64,000 nt of DNA, taken from assembly GCF_009914755.1 (NCBI RefSeq), contig NC_060927.1, one strand, 5' to 3'. The DNA is from the human T2T-CHM13v2.0 reference genome, Homo sapiens. Of the stretch, positions 17,608 through 30,855 are shown piece after piece (within the stretch, counting starts at the first letter, position 1; each line of letters starts with the position of its first letter). The notes beneath the pieces are model-generated. The model ran no database searches. It saw only the letters and a program-made list of their open reading frames with translations, and was not told the DNA's origin. Made by a program: the position numbers and the translations under genes.

Positions 17608-19928
17608 AATGGGAGACCATGACCGAGAATGAGGAGGTGACATCAAAGCCAAGTAGTTCTCAAAGAGCAGACTCTCATAAAGGAACATCAAAAAGACTTC
17701 AAGGAAGTGTTCCCCAGGTCCTTGATTTTGAAGAAGAGTGTGAATGGCAAGTTTTGGCAAGTCAGTGGGGAAATGAAACAGATGAAAGGGCAGATACAGT
17801 GAAGAAAGTTTCCCTTTGTGAACGAGACAAGAAGAAAAGGACTCCACCAGAGAAACAAGGCCAAAAGTGGAAGGAATTAGGAGACAGCTTGACTTTCGGT
17901 TCAGCTATTTCTGAAAGTTTAATAGGTACTGAAGGAAAGAAGTTTTATAAATGTGATATGTGTTGTAAACATTTTAATAAAATCTCCCATCTTATAAACC
18001 ATCGGAGAATCCACACTGGTGAGAAACCTCATAAATGTAAGGAATGTGGAAAAGGCTTTATTCAGCGTTCGAGCCTTCTAATGCATTTACGGAACCATTC
18101 AGGGGAGAAACCTTATAAATGTAATGAATGTGGGAAAGCATTTTCTCAAAGTGCTTACCTTCTAAACCATCAGAGGATCCACACTGGGGAGAAACCTTAT
18201 AAGTGTAAGGAGTGTGGAAAGGGCTTCTATAGGCACTCAGGCCTAATTATACATCTAAGGCGCCATTCAGGGGAGAGACCTTATAAGTGTAATGAATGTG
18301 GGAAAGTCTTCTCTCAGAATGCTTACCTCATTGACCATCAGAGGCTCCACAAAGGGGAAGAACCTTATAAATGTAATAAGTGTCAGAAAGCTTTCATTCT
18401 GAAGAAGAGCCTCATTCTGCACCAGAGAATCCACTCTGGGGAAAAACCCTATAAATGTGATGAATGTGGAAAGACCTTTGCTCAGACCACTTATCTTATT
18501 GACCATCAGCGACTCCACAGTGCAGAGAACCCTTACAAGTGTAAAGAATGTGGAAAAGTTTTCATTCGAAGCAAAAGCCTCCTCTTACATCAGAGAGTCC
18601 ACACAGAAAAGAAAACCTTTGGTTGTAAAAAGTGTGGGAAGATTTTCAGTTCTAAGTCAAACTTCATTGACCATAAGAGGATGCACAGCAGAGAGAAACC
18701 TTACAAATGCACTGAATGTGGGAAAGCCTTTACTCAAAGTGCTTACCTTTTTGACCACCAGAGACTCCACAATGGGGAGAAGCCCTATGAATGTAATGAA
18801 TGTGGGAAAGTTTTTATTCTGAAGAAGAGCCTCATTTTACATCAAAGGTTCCACACTGGAGAGAATCTCTATGAATGTAAAGATTGTGGTAAGGTCTTCG
18901 GTTCAAACAGAAACCTCATTGACCATGAGAGACTCCACAATGGGGAGAAGCCATATGAATGTCGAGAGTGTGGGAAAACCTTTATTATGAGCAAAAGTTT
19001 TATGGTCCATCAGAAACTCCATACACAAGAGAAAGCCTACAAATGTGAGGATTGTGGGAAGGCTTTCAGTTACAATTCAAGCCTGCTTGTACATCGGAGA
19101 ATCCACACCGGAGAAAAACCCTTTGAATGCAGTGAGTGTGGAAGAGCTTTCAGTTCAAACAGAAACCTCATTGAGCATAAGAGAATCCACAGTGGTGAGA
19201 AACCCTATGAGTGTGATGAGTGTGGCAAATGCTTCATTCTGAAGAAAAGCCTCATTGGACATCAGAGAATTCACACGAGGGAAAAATCTTATAAATGCAA
19301 TGACTGTGGGAAGGTCTTCAGTTACCGCTCAAACCTTATAGCCCATCAGAGGATCCATACTGGTGAGAAGCCCTATGCGTGTAGTGAGTGTGGAAAAGGT
19401 TTTACGTACAACAGAAACCTGATTGAACATCAAAGAATTCACAGTGGAGAAAAAACCTACGAATGTCATGTATGTAGGAAAGTCCTTACCTCTAGTAGAA
19501 ATCTTATGGTACATCAAAGAATCCATACTGGAGAGAAACCTTATAAATGTAATGAGTGTGGAAAAGACTTTAGTCAGAATAAAAACCTTGTTGTACATCA
19601 GAGAATGCACACTGGGGAAAAACCTTATGAGTGTGACAAGTGTAGGAAATCCTTTACTTCTAAGAGGAATTTAGTTGGCCACCAGAGAATTCACACAGGG
19701 GAGAAACCCTATGGGTGTAATGATTGTAGTAAAGTTTTTAGGCAAAGAAAAAACCTTACTGTACATCAGAAAATCCACACAGATGAAAAACCTTGTGAAT
19801 GTGATGTGTCTGAAAAAGAATTCTCTCAGACTTCCAACCTTCATCTTCAACAGAAAATCCATACCATTGAGGAATTCTCTTGGCTACAAAACACCAATGA
19901 GTCCAAGATTGAGATTCAGAAAATCTAG
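17608..19928 (+). CDS. ZNF197: ZNF197 last coding exon: spacer, 22 C2H2 fingers and 1 degenerate finger; spliced protein 1029 aa
   Basis: ttaccag| phase-1 acceptor; CxxC-x12-HxxxH repeats with TGEKP-type linkers; exon lengths sum to 1029 codons plus TAG. Confidence 0.97.
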
Positions 19929-20064
19929 TGTCATATGTAAAATGGAATAGAATCCCTGCCTACTTAAGTAACTGTTGGACAAATGATATATATTTCTTCT
20001 AAGGAAAAAGTTTATTATTTACTCTTTACTAGACAAATGAGTAGCATATAGAAGAAAGTTAATA

Positions 20065-20356
20065 GGCCGGGCTTGGTGGCTCATGCCTGTAATCCCAGCA
20101 CTTTGAGAGGCCGAAGCGAGTGGATCACCTGAGGTCAGGATTTTGAGACCAGCCTGACCAACATGGTGAAACCCCATCTCTACTAAAATACAAAAATTAT
20201 CCGGGCATGGGGGCACACACCGGTAATCCCAGCTACTCAGGAGGCTGAGACAGGAGAGTCGCTTGAACCTGGGAGGGCGGAGGTTGCAGTGAGCCAGGAT
20301 CGTGCCATTGCACTCCAGCCTGGGCAACAAGAGCGAAACTCTTGTCTGAAAAAATA
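20065..20356 (+). mobile_element. AluS in ZNF197 3' UTR; an Alu monomer follows at about 20447-20570
   Basis: Alu consensus match. Confidence 0.94.
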
Positions 20357-22198
20357 AAGTTCATCCCAACTTTCAAGTCTACAAAAACATAATCCAAATC
20401 TAATAACATAGTTGTAAATGAGAGCAACAATAAAAAGTAGACATGGGCTGGGTGCAGTGGCTCACTCCTGTAGTCCCAGGACTTTGGGAGGCCGAGGTGG
20501 GAAGATCCCTTGAGCCCAGGAGTTCGAGACAAGCCTGGGTAACACGGGGAGACCCGTCTTTAGTAAATAAAAATAAATTTATTAATAAAACTAAAAATTT
20601 AATAATAAAAAGTGGACATTGTTTTTTAAAATGTGTATAGTATGCATTTTAAAGATAGTGTCACTGCTGTGGAAAACCTGAACAGACAGTATGATCCAGA
20701 ATGTCAGGTGTGGAGTTGGGCGGACAAGAGTCTGCTGATGAGGACAACCTAAAAGAGCACTGGATTTGGAATCAGAAGACCTACCTTTGATTCCTGGCTT
20801 TCCCTTAATGGCCATGTGATGTTATTAAGTCAGCCTCTAAAGCTTTAGTTTCCTGTCAGTCAAATGTTGACATGATACCTACCTCACAGGGTTGTTGTGA
20901 GGGTTAAGTGAAAGGATCTTTGTGAAAGTACTTTTTGAAATCATTCAGTTGTCAATAAAGTTGGATAAAAGAGGTTATGGTAAAAGTTTAGAACATGGGA
21001 TCATGTAAGTTTGTGTATTAAGTCAATATTAGAATGAGGGGGATTCCAGGAACCTAAAAGATACTCATTTTCATAAGAGGAAGTATGGTGAATAGCTAAC
21101 TGGAATTTAGTGTTCTAAGAATAATTTTGTTAAATTTACCTTTAAAAATATCTGAGGGAGTTACTAGATTATATATCTAGTTTATGTATATGGAAAAAAA
21201 TGTTATGGCCAGCCATTAACAGTGATGCCAAGGAAAACAATTTATTTCCCAGCTTTTGAATTTGAAACTTAACAGATGGAGAGTGTCAAAATGGAAGGGC
21301 AGTGGTACCCTGCTTTCCCTATTCAGAGGGAAAAAAATCCTTGACCCGCAGTTGAGCTGATGATCCCTGCCACAGTCATTGTGAATTCTAATCAATATTT
21401 CATCATTGCTGTCAAATGATAGCCTGTTACTAATGAAACAACATTCTGTCCCAGCACTAAATTTACTGGGACATAAATTTTTCACATGGAGCCAAGCTCT
21501 TCACTGATTAAGCCAATGCAGAATCCACTTGTGGGCAGTCAGTGCCCATTACCCCCTGTGAACCATTCTGTGCCCTTGAGTACATTTGTGGGTTTAACTC
21601 AGTCTATATTCTTAAGTTGGTAATTTTTATGTTGTAATTCTCAAAGTTCTGTTTCTGTAGCTGGACTATGAATAATACCTGAATATGAAGATTGTGTTTT
21701 TTAATAATGTCAAAGTGGTGTGTTGATTATCATAAATGTTATTAATTCAACCCCACAGTTTCTTGGGGGCTGGTTCCTCATTAGAGTGAAAGGTAGCCAA
21801 GAGTGAAAACTGGAAGGGGCCTAAGGCTTAAAGTCTTAAGACCTGGATGTGGTTCAGGTTTTGCCATCTGCCTCAGAAAAAATCTCTTCAGTTCTTGGAG
21901 CCTTGAATTCCTCATCTGTTAAACAGGAGGAAGAATATCTACCTCACAAAGTTCTTATGAGATAATGAATATAAAAATGTTTCATCCAGGTTGTTGAATC
22001 ATCCCAGCTTATATAATAATTACAAAGGACATATGTACTTTAACAATGGAGAATGCTGTGATTTACCTCTTCACCGAGTAACAAAATGTCACATTGCTTA
22101 GATTGAGACAGCCCACATAATGTGCCACCTTCTGTGATGTAATAAGCTGAAAAATGTTCAACCTGAATTTAATCAAGCTTCTTGGACCTCATTGCCAG

Positions 22199-22233
22199 GT
22201 TACAGGAAATACAGGAGGCAGAGGAACAAATAA
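22199..22233 (+). CDS. ZNF197: ZNF197 alternative terminal exon coding part (GYRKYRRQRNK*), giving a 267-aa fingerless SCAN-KRAB isoform (recalled as VHLaK)
   Basis: attgccag| acceptor is phase-compatible with the KRAB-A donor; 256+11 aa; AATAAA at 22229-22234 and 24156-24161. Confidence 0.75.
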
Positions 22234-22479
22234 AAGACACCACGAGAAACAGACACATCCAGAACGTGGAATATTGCATAAGAAAGCTGCCCTGGATTCT
22301 TCAAAATATTATTATGATGAAAAAGAGAGGGGAGTGAAAATTGTTCAAGCTGTCTTGAGTCTGCTGTGAGTTTATTATACCATTCTCTGCTTTTGTGTAT
22401 GTATGAAAATTTCGATATGAAAGGTATAAAACATGGATGAGGAGGCTTGTTTTTAAAAGATAATACTAGAGAGCCGTTA

Positions 22480-23765
22480 GGTACTAAGAACCAGAAATAG
22501 ACTCACATAAATGGCCAATTGATTTTTGACAGGGGCAAAAGCAATTCAATGGAGGAGGGATCGCCTTTTCAGCAAATACTGTTGGAGTAATTGGATATCC
22601 ATAGGCAGTAAACCAACAACTTCAGGACCTAGGACTGAGCTAAGAAGGCTCAGATGACTCAAAAGCATGCTCCTTAGAAGGAAAAAAAATGTTAAATTGG
22701 ACTTCATCAAAATTAAGATAATTTACCCTGTAAGAGACCTTTTTACAAAGATGATATTACAGGTTGGGAAAAAATATTTGCAAATCATATCCAACAAGGG
22801 ATTTGTATGTAAACTACATAAAGAACTTTCCAAATTTAACAGTAATAAGTAAATACAATTAGAAAATAAGCAAAAGACAGACATTTCACTGAAGTATAGA
22901 TAGCAAATAAGCAAATGAAAAGATGTTCAACATCATTAGGCATGAGGGAAATGCAGAGTAAAATCGTGAGATATCACCTATCAGAATAGCTTAACTTTTT
23001 TTTTTTAATGGTGGTAACTGCTGGCAAGGATGAAGAGAAACAGGATCTCATACATTGCTGGGAATGTAAAATGGTACAGCCACTCTGGAATATAATTTGG
23101 CAGTTTCTTGTAAAACCACACATGTATATGTCATGCTTCAGGAATTGCACTTCTGAGCATTTATCCCAGAGAAATGAAAACTTGCGTTCACACAAAAACC
23201 TGTATACGAATGTTCATAGCAGCTTTATTTGTAATGGTCGAAACCTGTAGGCAACCCATATATCCTTCCTTAGGTGGTTAAAACAAATTGTGGTTTATGT
23301 ATTACCATGGAATACTTGTTACTCTGCAATAAAATTGACTTATTGATATCCATAACAACTCAAATAAATTTCAAGGGAATTAATGCTGAGTGAAAATAAT
23401 CACAAAAGGCCATATTCTGTATGAAAATATTCATATAACATTCTCAAAATGATAAAACTATAGAGATGAAAAATGGATTAATGGTTGCCAAAGGTTAGGG
23501 ATGGTGGGAGGAAAAATGGGGAGAGGGTTGGATGGAACTATTAAAAGGTAGCACCAGAAAGGTCTTTGTGGTGATGGAACACTTGTGTATCTTGATTGCA
23601 GTGGTGGTTACACAAATCTATAGGTGCTATACCTATACACACATACTGTACCAATGTTGATTTCCTTTTTCATTTTATGTAAGATGTAACCATGAGGGGA
23701 AAGTGGGTGAAGGGTGCTATCTTTGCAACTTCCTGTGATTCTATCATTTCAAAATAAAAAGTAAA
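22480..23765 (+). mobile_element. Old L1 (L1MC-like) ORF2 end and 3' UTR
   Basis: Peptide HCWECKMVQPLW; TTGATTTTTGACA; 3' AATAAA tail. Confidence 0.85.
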
Positions 23766-24155
23766 AACCAACAATGGCAACGAAAACCCAAAACTAAAGA
23801 GCTGTAACCAACTAAAGTGTGTGAAACTGATTTGAAAAAAAGTTATAAAATACATGTTTTAGGACAGTTGGGAAATTTGAATATGACTGGTTATTAGATG
23901 GTATTAGGGAATTTTTGTTGATTTTCTTACCTGTGACGGTGGTGGTAGTTTGAAGAATATTCTTAATCTTAAGGGATGCATGTTGAAGTATTTGGAATGA
24001 AGTGTTCTGATGTTTACAACTTTCAAAAAAATGATTTTAAATATGTATTGAGAGATCAGGCAAACATAGCAAAATGTTCATTGTTGAGTCCACATGGAAA
24101 ATACGGGTATTCAATGTGCCATACTTTCAACTCTTCTGTACTCTGATATTTTCAA

Positions 24156-24161
24156 AATAAA
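24156..24161 (+). terminator. Candidate distal polyadenylation signal for ZNF197
   Basis: AATAAA, the last one before the ZNF35 CpG island. Confidence 0.5.
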
Positions 24162-24219
24162 ACATTTGAGGGGAAATTATCAGGGCTTTCTACAGATTAA
24201 TGCTGTGTAGCTTCAGGCT

Positions 24220-24900
24220 CTTGGGTGCGCGCCTCGCCTGAGTGTCTCATCCCTGCTTGGGATGCGCCCCTCCCTGAGGCTCACTTAGAGCTTCCAACAG
24301 CACAATCCTCCTAAGCGCTTCTGCCCCATCCCTGGTCTGGGGCGACATTGGACACCCATCGAGAGGAAAGCACCTCCGAGGTTCCTAGAGAGGCCGGCTT
24401 GGCGACTTGGGGAGCCGGAAGCCCATCCCGAGGCACTTCCTGTCCGGTCATTGTTCTCGTGCCGGTAGAAGCTGAAGTACCGGTCAGCCAGCCTCCTGCT
24501 GCAGAGCCAGTGAACTCAGGTCGGGCTTCTCAGCTGCGCACAGTGAGTGGGGTCGGAGGGGGTGGGCACGAACGTCGAGGGAGAAAAAGGGGCTCTCCCA
24601 GGGGCCATGGCCCTAGGAGCGGCCCCTGCGTCCTTTCCCCGGGGACACCAGCCTTGTCTGTCGGGGTGCGGGGGGCAGTGAGTTCCCCACCGCCTCGGAA
24701 TCCCGGCTGCTGCCCACCTGGGGCCTGGTCCGGGAGAGGATGCACACGGACCGGCCAAGGGGCCAGATAGGTCCCAGGGACAGGGCCGCGAGGAGCCTAT
24801 ACGTGGAAAGAATGGATTGCCACGTTTGGAAATAGAGAAAGGACGTTGAAAGGGAGCCTTTGATAGAGGGCCCTGTGCCGTCTGGGACCGGAGGTCCGTC
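24220..24900 (+). promoter_or_regulatory. ZNF35: CpG-island promoter and non-coding exon 1 of ZNF35 (exon ends 24542)
   Basis: CpG-rich; ETS-like CACTTCCTG near 24434; donor ACA|gtgagt with GT at 24543-24544. Confidence 0.8.
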
Positions 24901-25776
24901 AGAATCTGATCAGAAGTCTGATGAGAGTACTCACTGTAGGCAGTCTTATACACAAGGTGGAACTAGTCTTAAGGACCTTCATACCAGATTGAATTCGGAT
25001 AGTGATGGAAAGAATAGTCCTCCAGAATTAAGGTTTGTCACAGGAATGAAAGTATTGCATTACTTAATAAATTCAGTGTATACAGTAAGTGGCCAGTAAG
25101 TTGACATGGGGAAAAGAGTATGATCACTTCAATAGCAGCAACAGGGGATTGAATAAGATTTCGCACCCTTTTCCAATAAAACATTCAAAGGGGGTTAGAA
25201 AGAAAAATTTCAATCTCTTCATAAGCAATCAAACTAGTAAGGTTATTTTGCTCACAGGTTAAAAACAAAAACCCTGCTGGCTTAGCTGTGATAAAGGGTT
25301 ACTGTCAATTAGTGGGGGTGTGAATTGGCATGGTGCTTTTGGAAAGCAATTTGACAGTACATATCAACCAGCAAATCCTTGAACCAGTAATTCTCTGATT
25401 ATTCTAAAGGAATAATTCAGCAAAAAAAAAATATTTACAAAGAAAAACTTTTAAATATTAATAAAATGGAAATATAAACTTTTACTAAATAAATGGTTCA
25501 TAAATAGAATATGATTAAGTAAATGATAATATAGCCACAATTTAGAATACTATGCCAGAATGAGGTAGTTCTATATGTGTTGTATTGAAAGATTGTTAAG
25601 ACTATTGTGAAATACGGAAATTGAGTTAAAAAACAATGCAGGTTGCTGAACAGTATATAACTGTGATGATCTAAAGTATGTTTTTGAAAAATAAGCAATA
25701 TGTGTGAAGGTGAACATATAAGTATGTAAATGCAGAGAAAATGGGTTAGGACTCCCATCTAAACTGATAAGTACTT

Positions 25777-25810
25777 TGTGTGTGTGTGTGTGTGTGTGTG
25801 TAGTGTGTGT
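25777..25810. repeat. (TG)n microsatellite
   Basis: Seen directly. Confidence 0.95.
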
Positions 25811-26775
25811 AGGTTATATATTTAATTCTATATATTTCTGTATTACTTGATCCTTTTTCAATGAGAGTGAAGATTTATCAACACCATAGGTTATTGTGTA
25901 GCATTTAAAATAAGCATGAAGAATGGCAACATGAAAGTAATCTTTTTTTAAATCTTAAGTGTAATATTTTATCTCACAGGACATTTGGAAGCTATGGAAA
26001 ATGTAAAAATCAAACAAAAAAAATGAAAAGAACCTTAAAACTACCTGTAATTACACCATCCAGAGTTAACTACCCACTGCTAACACGTTGGTATAAAGAC
26101 TCCCAGTCTTTTTCTTGGGATCCTTTTGTTCACATTATTTTGTATCCTTGGCAATAAAAAATCTTTTTGTTGTAAAATCCTTTTTTAAAAAATGCTATGA
26201 TGATAATTGTGAAAATATGTATCCCCAAAGTCAAAAACAAGAATTTGTAAAATCATAATTATTAGTAGTATGGTTGGAGATTTTCCTTTGAAAGAAATAT
26301 CTTAAATCTTAAAATGTATAGTGGTTATCTCTTTGGAGGTAGACCGAGATGATTTTTCTTAATCATTTGCTGCTTTTAAGTTTTTACAATAAAAGTAAGT
26401 TAACTTTTAATCAGGAAAAAATCAATAAACATTATATAAAGCTGTTTGCAATGTGGTTATTATGGGAAGATATTACATATTTATAGTCCAACCCCTTCAT
26501 CCTATGAGGGAGGAATAGAGGATTCCATGTCCTACATTGGCCCCTGGCCAGGCGCTGGTGAAATTTGCCGGTGTGGCATCCGGCAAATTTGCTAAGTGGC
26601 ATCCAGCAAATCTCTCCTTGGTGCTAACAGTGTTTTCTGATTTCTCAGTAGGCAGTACTCATCTTGGCCCTGGGAAGAAACTCAAGAAGAAGCTTTTGAA
26701 ACATAAAGCTTGGATGGGGTTTGACCTCTGCAGGGCAGCGCCCAGCTATAGGAGTTCCCCTGCTGAGCAGAGAAG

Positions 26776-26967
26776 ATGACTGCAGAATTGAGAGAAGCCA
26801 TGGCCCTAGCCCCATGGGGCCCAGTGAAGGTGAAAAAGGAGGAGGAAGAAGAAGAAAACTTCCCAGGTCAGGCATCCAGCCAACAAGTGCACTCCGAGAA
26901 CATCAAAGTCTGGGCCCCAGTGCAGGGTCTTCAGACAGGCCTTGATGGATCAGAAGAGGAAGAAAAG
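26776..26967 (+). CDS. ZNF35: ZNF35 coding exon 1 (MTAELREAMALAPWGPVKVKKEEEE...); exon starts about 26649
   Basis: 192 nt, donor AAG|gtaaac, phase 0; upstream branch-like gctaac and tttctcag acceptor. Confidence 0.92.
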
Positions 26968-27254
26968 GTAAACGGGGGCCTGAGAGGAAGAGGGGAGGAG
27001 ATACTTGAAGACCTCAAGTAGTTTAAGAGGGGACTCTGCCCCTCTGCTTCCACACCTGGAGTCTTATTTCTTGGGTACAATTCTAGCTTCCAGTCTTTTG
27101 TAATAGGATAGAAACATTCCCTTCTGATTGATGTGACATTCAGTACTTTCTGTAAACCAGTGGTTCTCAAATTTTGCTACACAGAACCTGGAGAGCTTTT
27201 TATAAAATCTTGATGTCCATACTGTATTCTATTCCTATTAAATCAGAATCCGTG

Positions 27255-27591
<337 letters not shown>

Positions 27592-28264
27592 TTAAAACTC
27601 TTCAGGTAATTTCAGTCAGGTTTTGACAATGCTAACCAGAGCTTCTAAAACTTTAATGTGCATAGGAATCACCTAGGGGTTCTTGTTAAAACAGTTAAAG
27701 TTCAGATTCTGATTGAGGATGTCTGGGGGTGGTCTGAGATTCTGTGTTCTTTGTTTGTTTGTTTTGCAAGCTTCCAGGTGATGCAGATACTGCTGCTGAT
27801 CTTTGCACCACACTTTGATTCATGAGGCTGTACACTGTGCTGTCCTTAATGTTTCAAACACACCCCTTACCATTACTAGTCAAATGAGGGCAGAGGTTCC
27901 CCCAGAGCCTTTCTGTAATAATATCATCAAAACCTTGCTGCTTTGATCTTTAGATCCCACAAAAGTTCACTCTGAAAATTCTTCCCATATGCTCTCTCCT
28001 CTTATCATGTACTCACTGGTAAGCTAGGTTTAGATTCTGGAGTGAGCAGTGAGGTGCAATCAAAGTAATAAGGAAGAAAGTAGCTAGCTTGTTTCTCTGC
28101 CCAACTCACCCTGGGGGTTGGAGGAGACTCTGGCTTCCTTTTCTGTTTTTAAAAATTGTTCTATGGCCTCCAGGAATAGATAATTATGTTCTCATTCTCA
28201 AAATTGTAACCACACTACCCCCTACCACCAGTTCCCTCTTAAACATGTGCCTGCTTGTCTCTAG

Positions 28265-28409
28265 GGTCAGAACATATCCTGGGATATGGCGGTAGTCCTG
28301 AAAGCAACTCAGGAGGCACCTGCTGCTTCAACCCTTGGCAGCTACTCATTACCAGGGACTCTGGCCAAGAGTGAGATACTGGAGACTCATGGGACCATGA
28401 ACTTTCTAG
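28265..28409 (+). CDS. ZNF35: ZNF35 coding exon 2 (GQNISWDMAVVLK...TMNFL)
   Basis: tctctag| acceptor, G|gtatgg donor, 145 nt. Confidence 0.9.
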
Positions 28410-28626
28410 GTATGGTTCAGTTCCCTGATTCTGAATCTGACCATTGGGGTTTCTCAAAATCTTTTCAGAGACTGGTGGGCATCCAGTCTCCTAGGTTGAC
28501 CAACAGAGTACTGAGGTATTGAAAGTGTCCAGGAAAGCTGGAAAGAGGAATGCTGAAATGCCTGTGCATTTGTCATGGGAAGTGGCTTATTTTGCACACA
28601 GGCTCAAGACACTAGACAAACATAGG

Positions 28627-29100
28627 TGTTGTGCTGAAACCTGATCAACACCAATATGGTACCAGGTTCAAGAGGCTGAAGAAGAGACCCAGAGCCAGCA
28701 AACAACATAGAATTTTACTAGATGTTTATGTACAGGGTAGACAGTCTAGAGGCAGTGGACTGGGCACGGGAGAACCACATGGCCCAGTGGCACAGGCTGG
28801 ACAGGAGAGCTGCAACTGCTTGCAAAAGGCATGCGGTTTATGTCGCATTTTCACTTAACACCCTCTCCCTAATGACCTCCACCTGGCAGCCTTAATTTAA
28901 CCCAAAACAAGGGGCCTCAATCCCCTTTAAGGCCCGCATTCCACTGAAAGGGGTGGGGAATGGATAAGGAATGGATCTCCAGGTTGGCCACTTCTGGATT
29001 CCTTTGCTTGGAACTCCAAACTATATTCAGGTGTGTCTGCCATACAGGATCATTCTCAGGGTATGCTTAAGTTGTTGCCATCAGGTGTATTTACCATACA
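28627..29100 (-). mobile_element. ERVL-type solo LTR (LTR47-like) in ZNF35 intron
   Basis: TG...CA ends with exact 5-bp TSD ATAGG (28622-28626, 29101-29105); family name from memory. Confidence 0.75.
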
Positions 29101-30528
29101 ATAGGTGAATTCCAAACTCACTTTTTAGTGATATTTATTGTTCAATGAGTTTCATCTCTGTGCACACATGTAGGCACATGTCCTTTTTATACGCTTTGTA
29201 GTTAGCATAGGTTGGTGAGCCTGCAAGAGATGCTAGCCGAGGTAGGAACAGTCAACTTTTGTGGTGATTTTGAGCAAATGCCCTGGAGATGTTCTGTTTT
29301 CATAGATCTTTGTGCAAATTATAGAGGATTTTGAGCAGCTGTGTTAACCATAATGATGTTCAAAACTAGGTCTTCGTGAAGGGTACTGATGGCTTATCAA
29401 CTTGTTCTCTCTAAGCTAGGACTAGAGAAAGGGTAGTATGTTCTAAAGATCTCACTGGCAGTGGCAGAAGCTTGCCTGTGGAGGAGTGACATATAAGTGA
29501 GGGTCAAGAATGCAGTAGCCATGAGTCCTGTGTTTCAAAGCACTTACTGGCTGATTGCCAAGCCCTATTCTTTTTATGAGTCTGCCAGATATTGAATATT
29601 TTGAACCCACTCTCCTCCCTAACCAGTTCCTCAGGCATCTGGGGACCAAGTCACTTTCTTAAACCAGTGCTATGGGGAAGACAAGGATCTCCACCTAGAT
29701 TTTCTTGTCTCATATTTAATTATTCCCAAACTCTTAGCAGCTTCTGTTCCCCACTTTCTGCTTTGTGTTCCATTCTCTCTGGTGCATTCGCGTGCATGTC
29801 ACTTATTTTCTGTCTCTGAGCTTTATCAGCCATTCATAGTCTTAACCCCAACAGCTGCACCTCATCAGGAATGGGCTCCCTTTTCCTACTTTGCCTCTTA
29901 CCTCAAGACCATGTTCATACCCAAGACTTAGTATTTTGTGCTGCCAGCTATTTCCATGGCGATGGCAGGAACACTGCCAACACTATTTCCATGGCGATGT
30001 CAGCAGGCGATGGTGGGAACACTGAGCTCTATGTGTGAGAGATATCTGAGTGGGGTTGCTGCCCTGCCTGTAATAACTCTGTGACCTTGAGTAAGTCCCT
30101 TCTCTCTCTGGACCTCCATTTCCTGTTCTACAAATTGGGTGTGTTCATTAAGTACAGGATTTGTTGGCGGCCTCCTTCCTATGTGTCAGGCAGCGTGATA
30201 GGTGCTGGAGATACAGAAATGAATAAGACACAACCTTGCTCTTTTTTTAGCTGAAGGAGAACAGTTTCATCTTCATGATGAAATTGTATAATATACATGA
30301 AAGTGCTTTGGAAATTGTGATGTGTTACTGGGTTTTTAATGTCTGAGCAAGTTTTAACTGTAGTTTTCATATTTTAATTAATGTTGAATTTATTAAAGTT
30401 TATTCATTTAAAAACCAATTTTTAAGCCATTAAGCATAACTTTTTACTTCATCCATACATCTAGAAATATTTGTATAAAAGTGAGAACATTTGTATTTTT
30501 TCTTTAACTTATGTTCAGTTAAGCTTCA

Positions 30529-30855
<327 letters not shown>

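Noticed and set aside
17930-19870. 84-nt periodic repeats superficially like a repeat-spacer (CRISPR) array
   Set aside because: The period equals the 28-codon C2H2 finger; the DNA is eukaryotic and coding, with no cas genes
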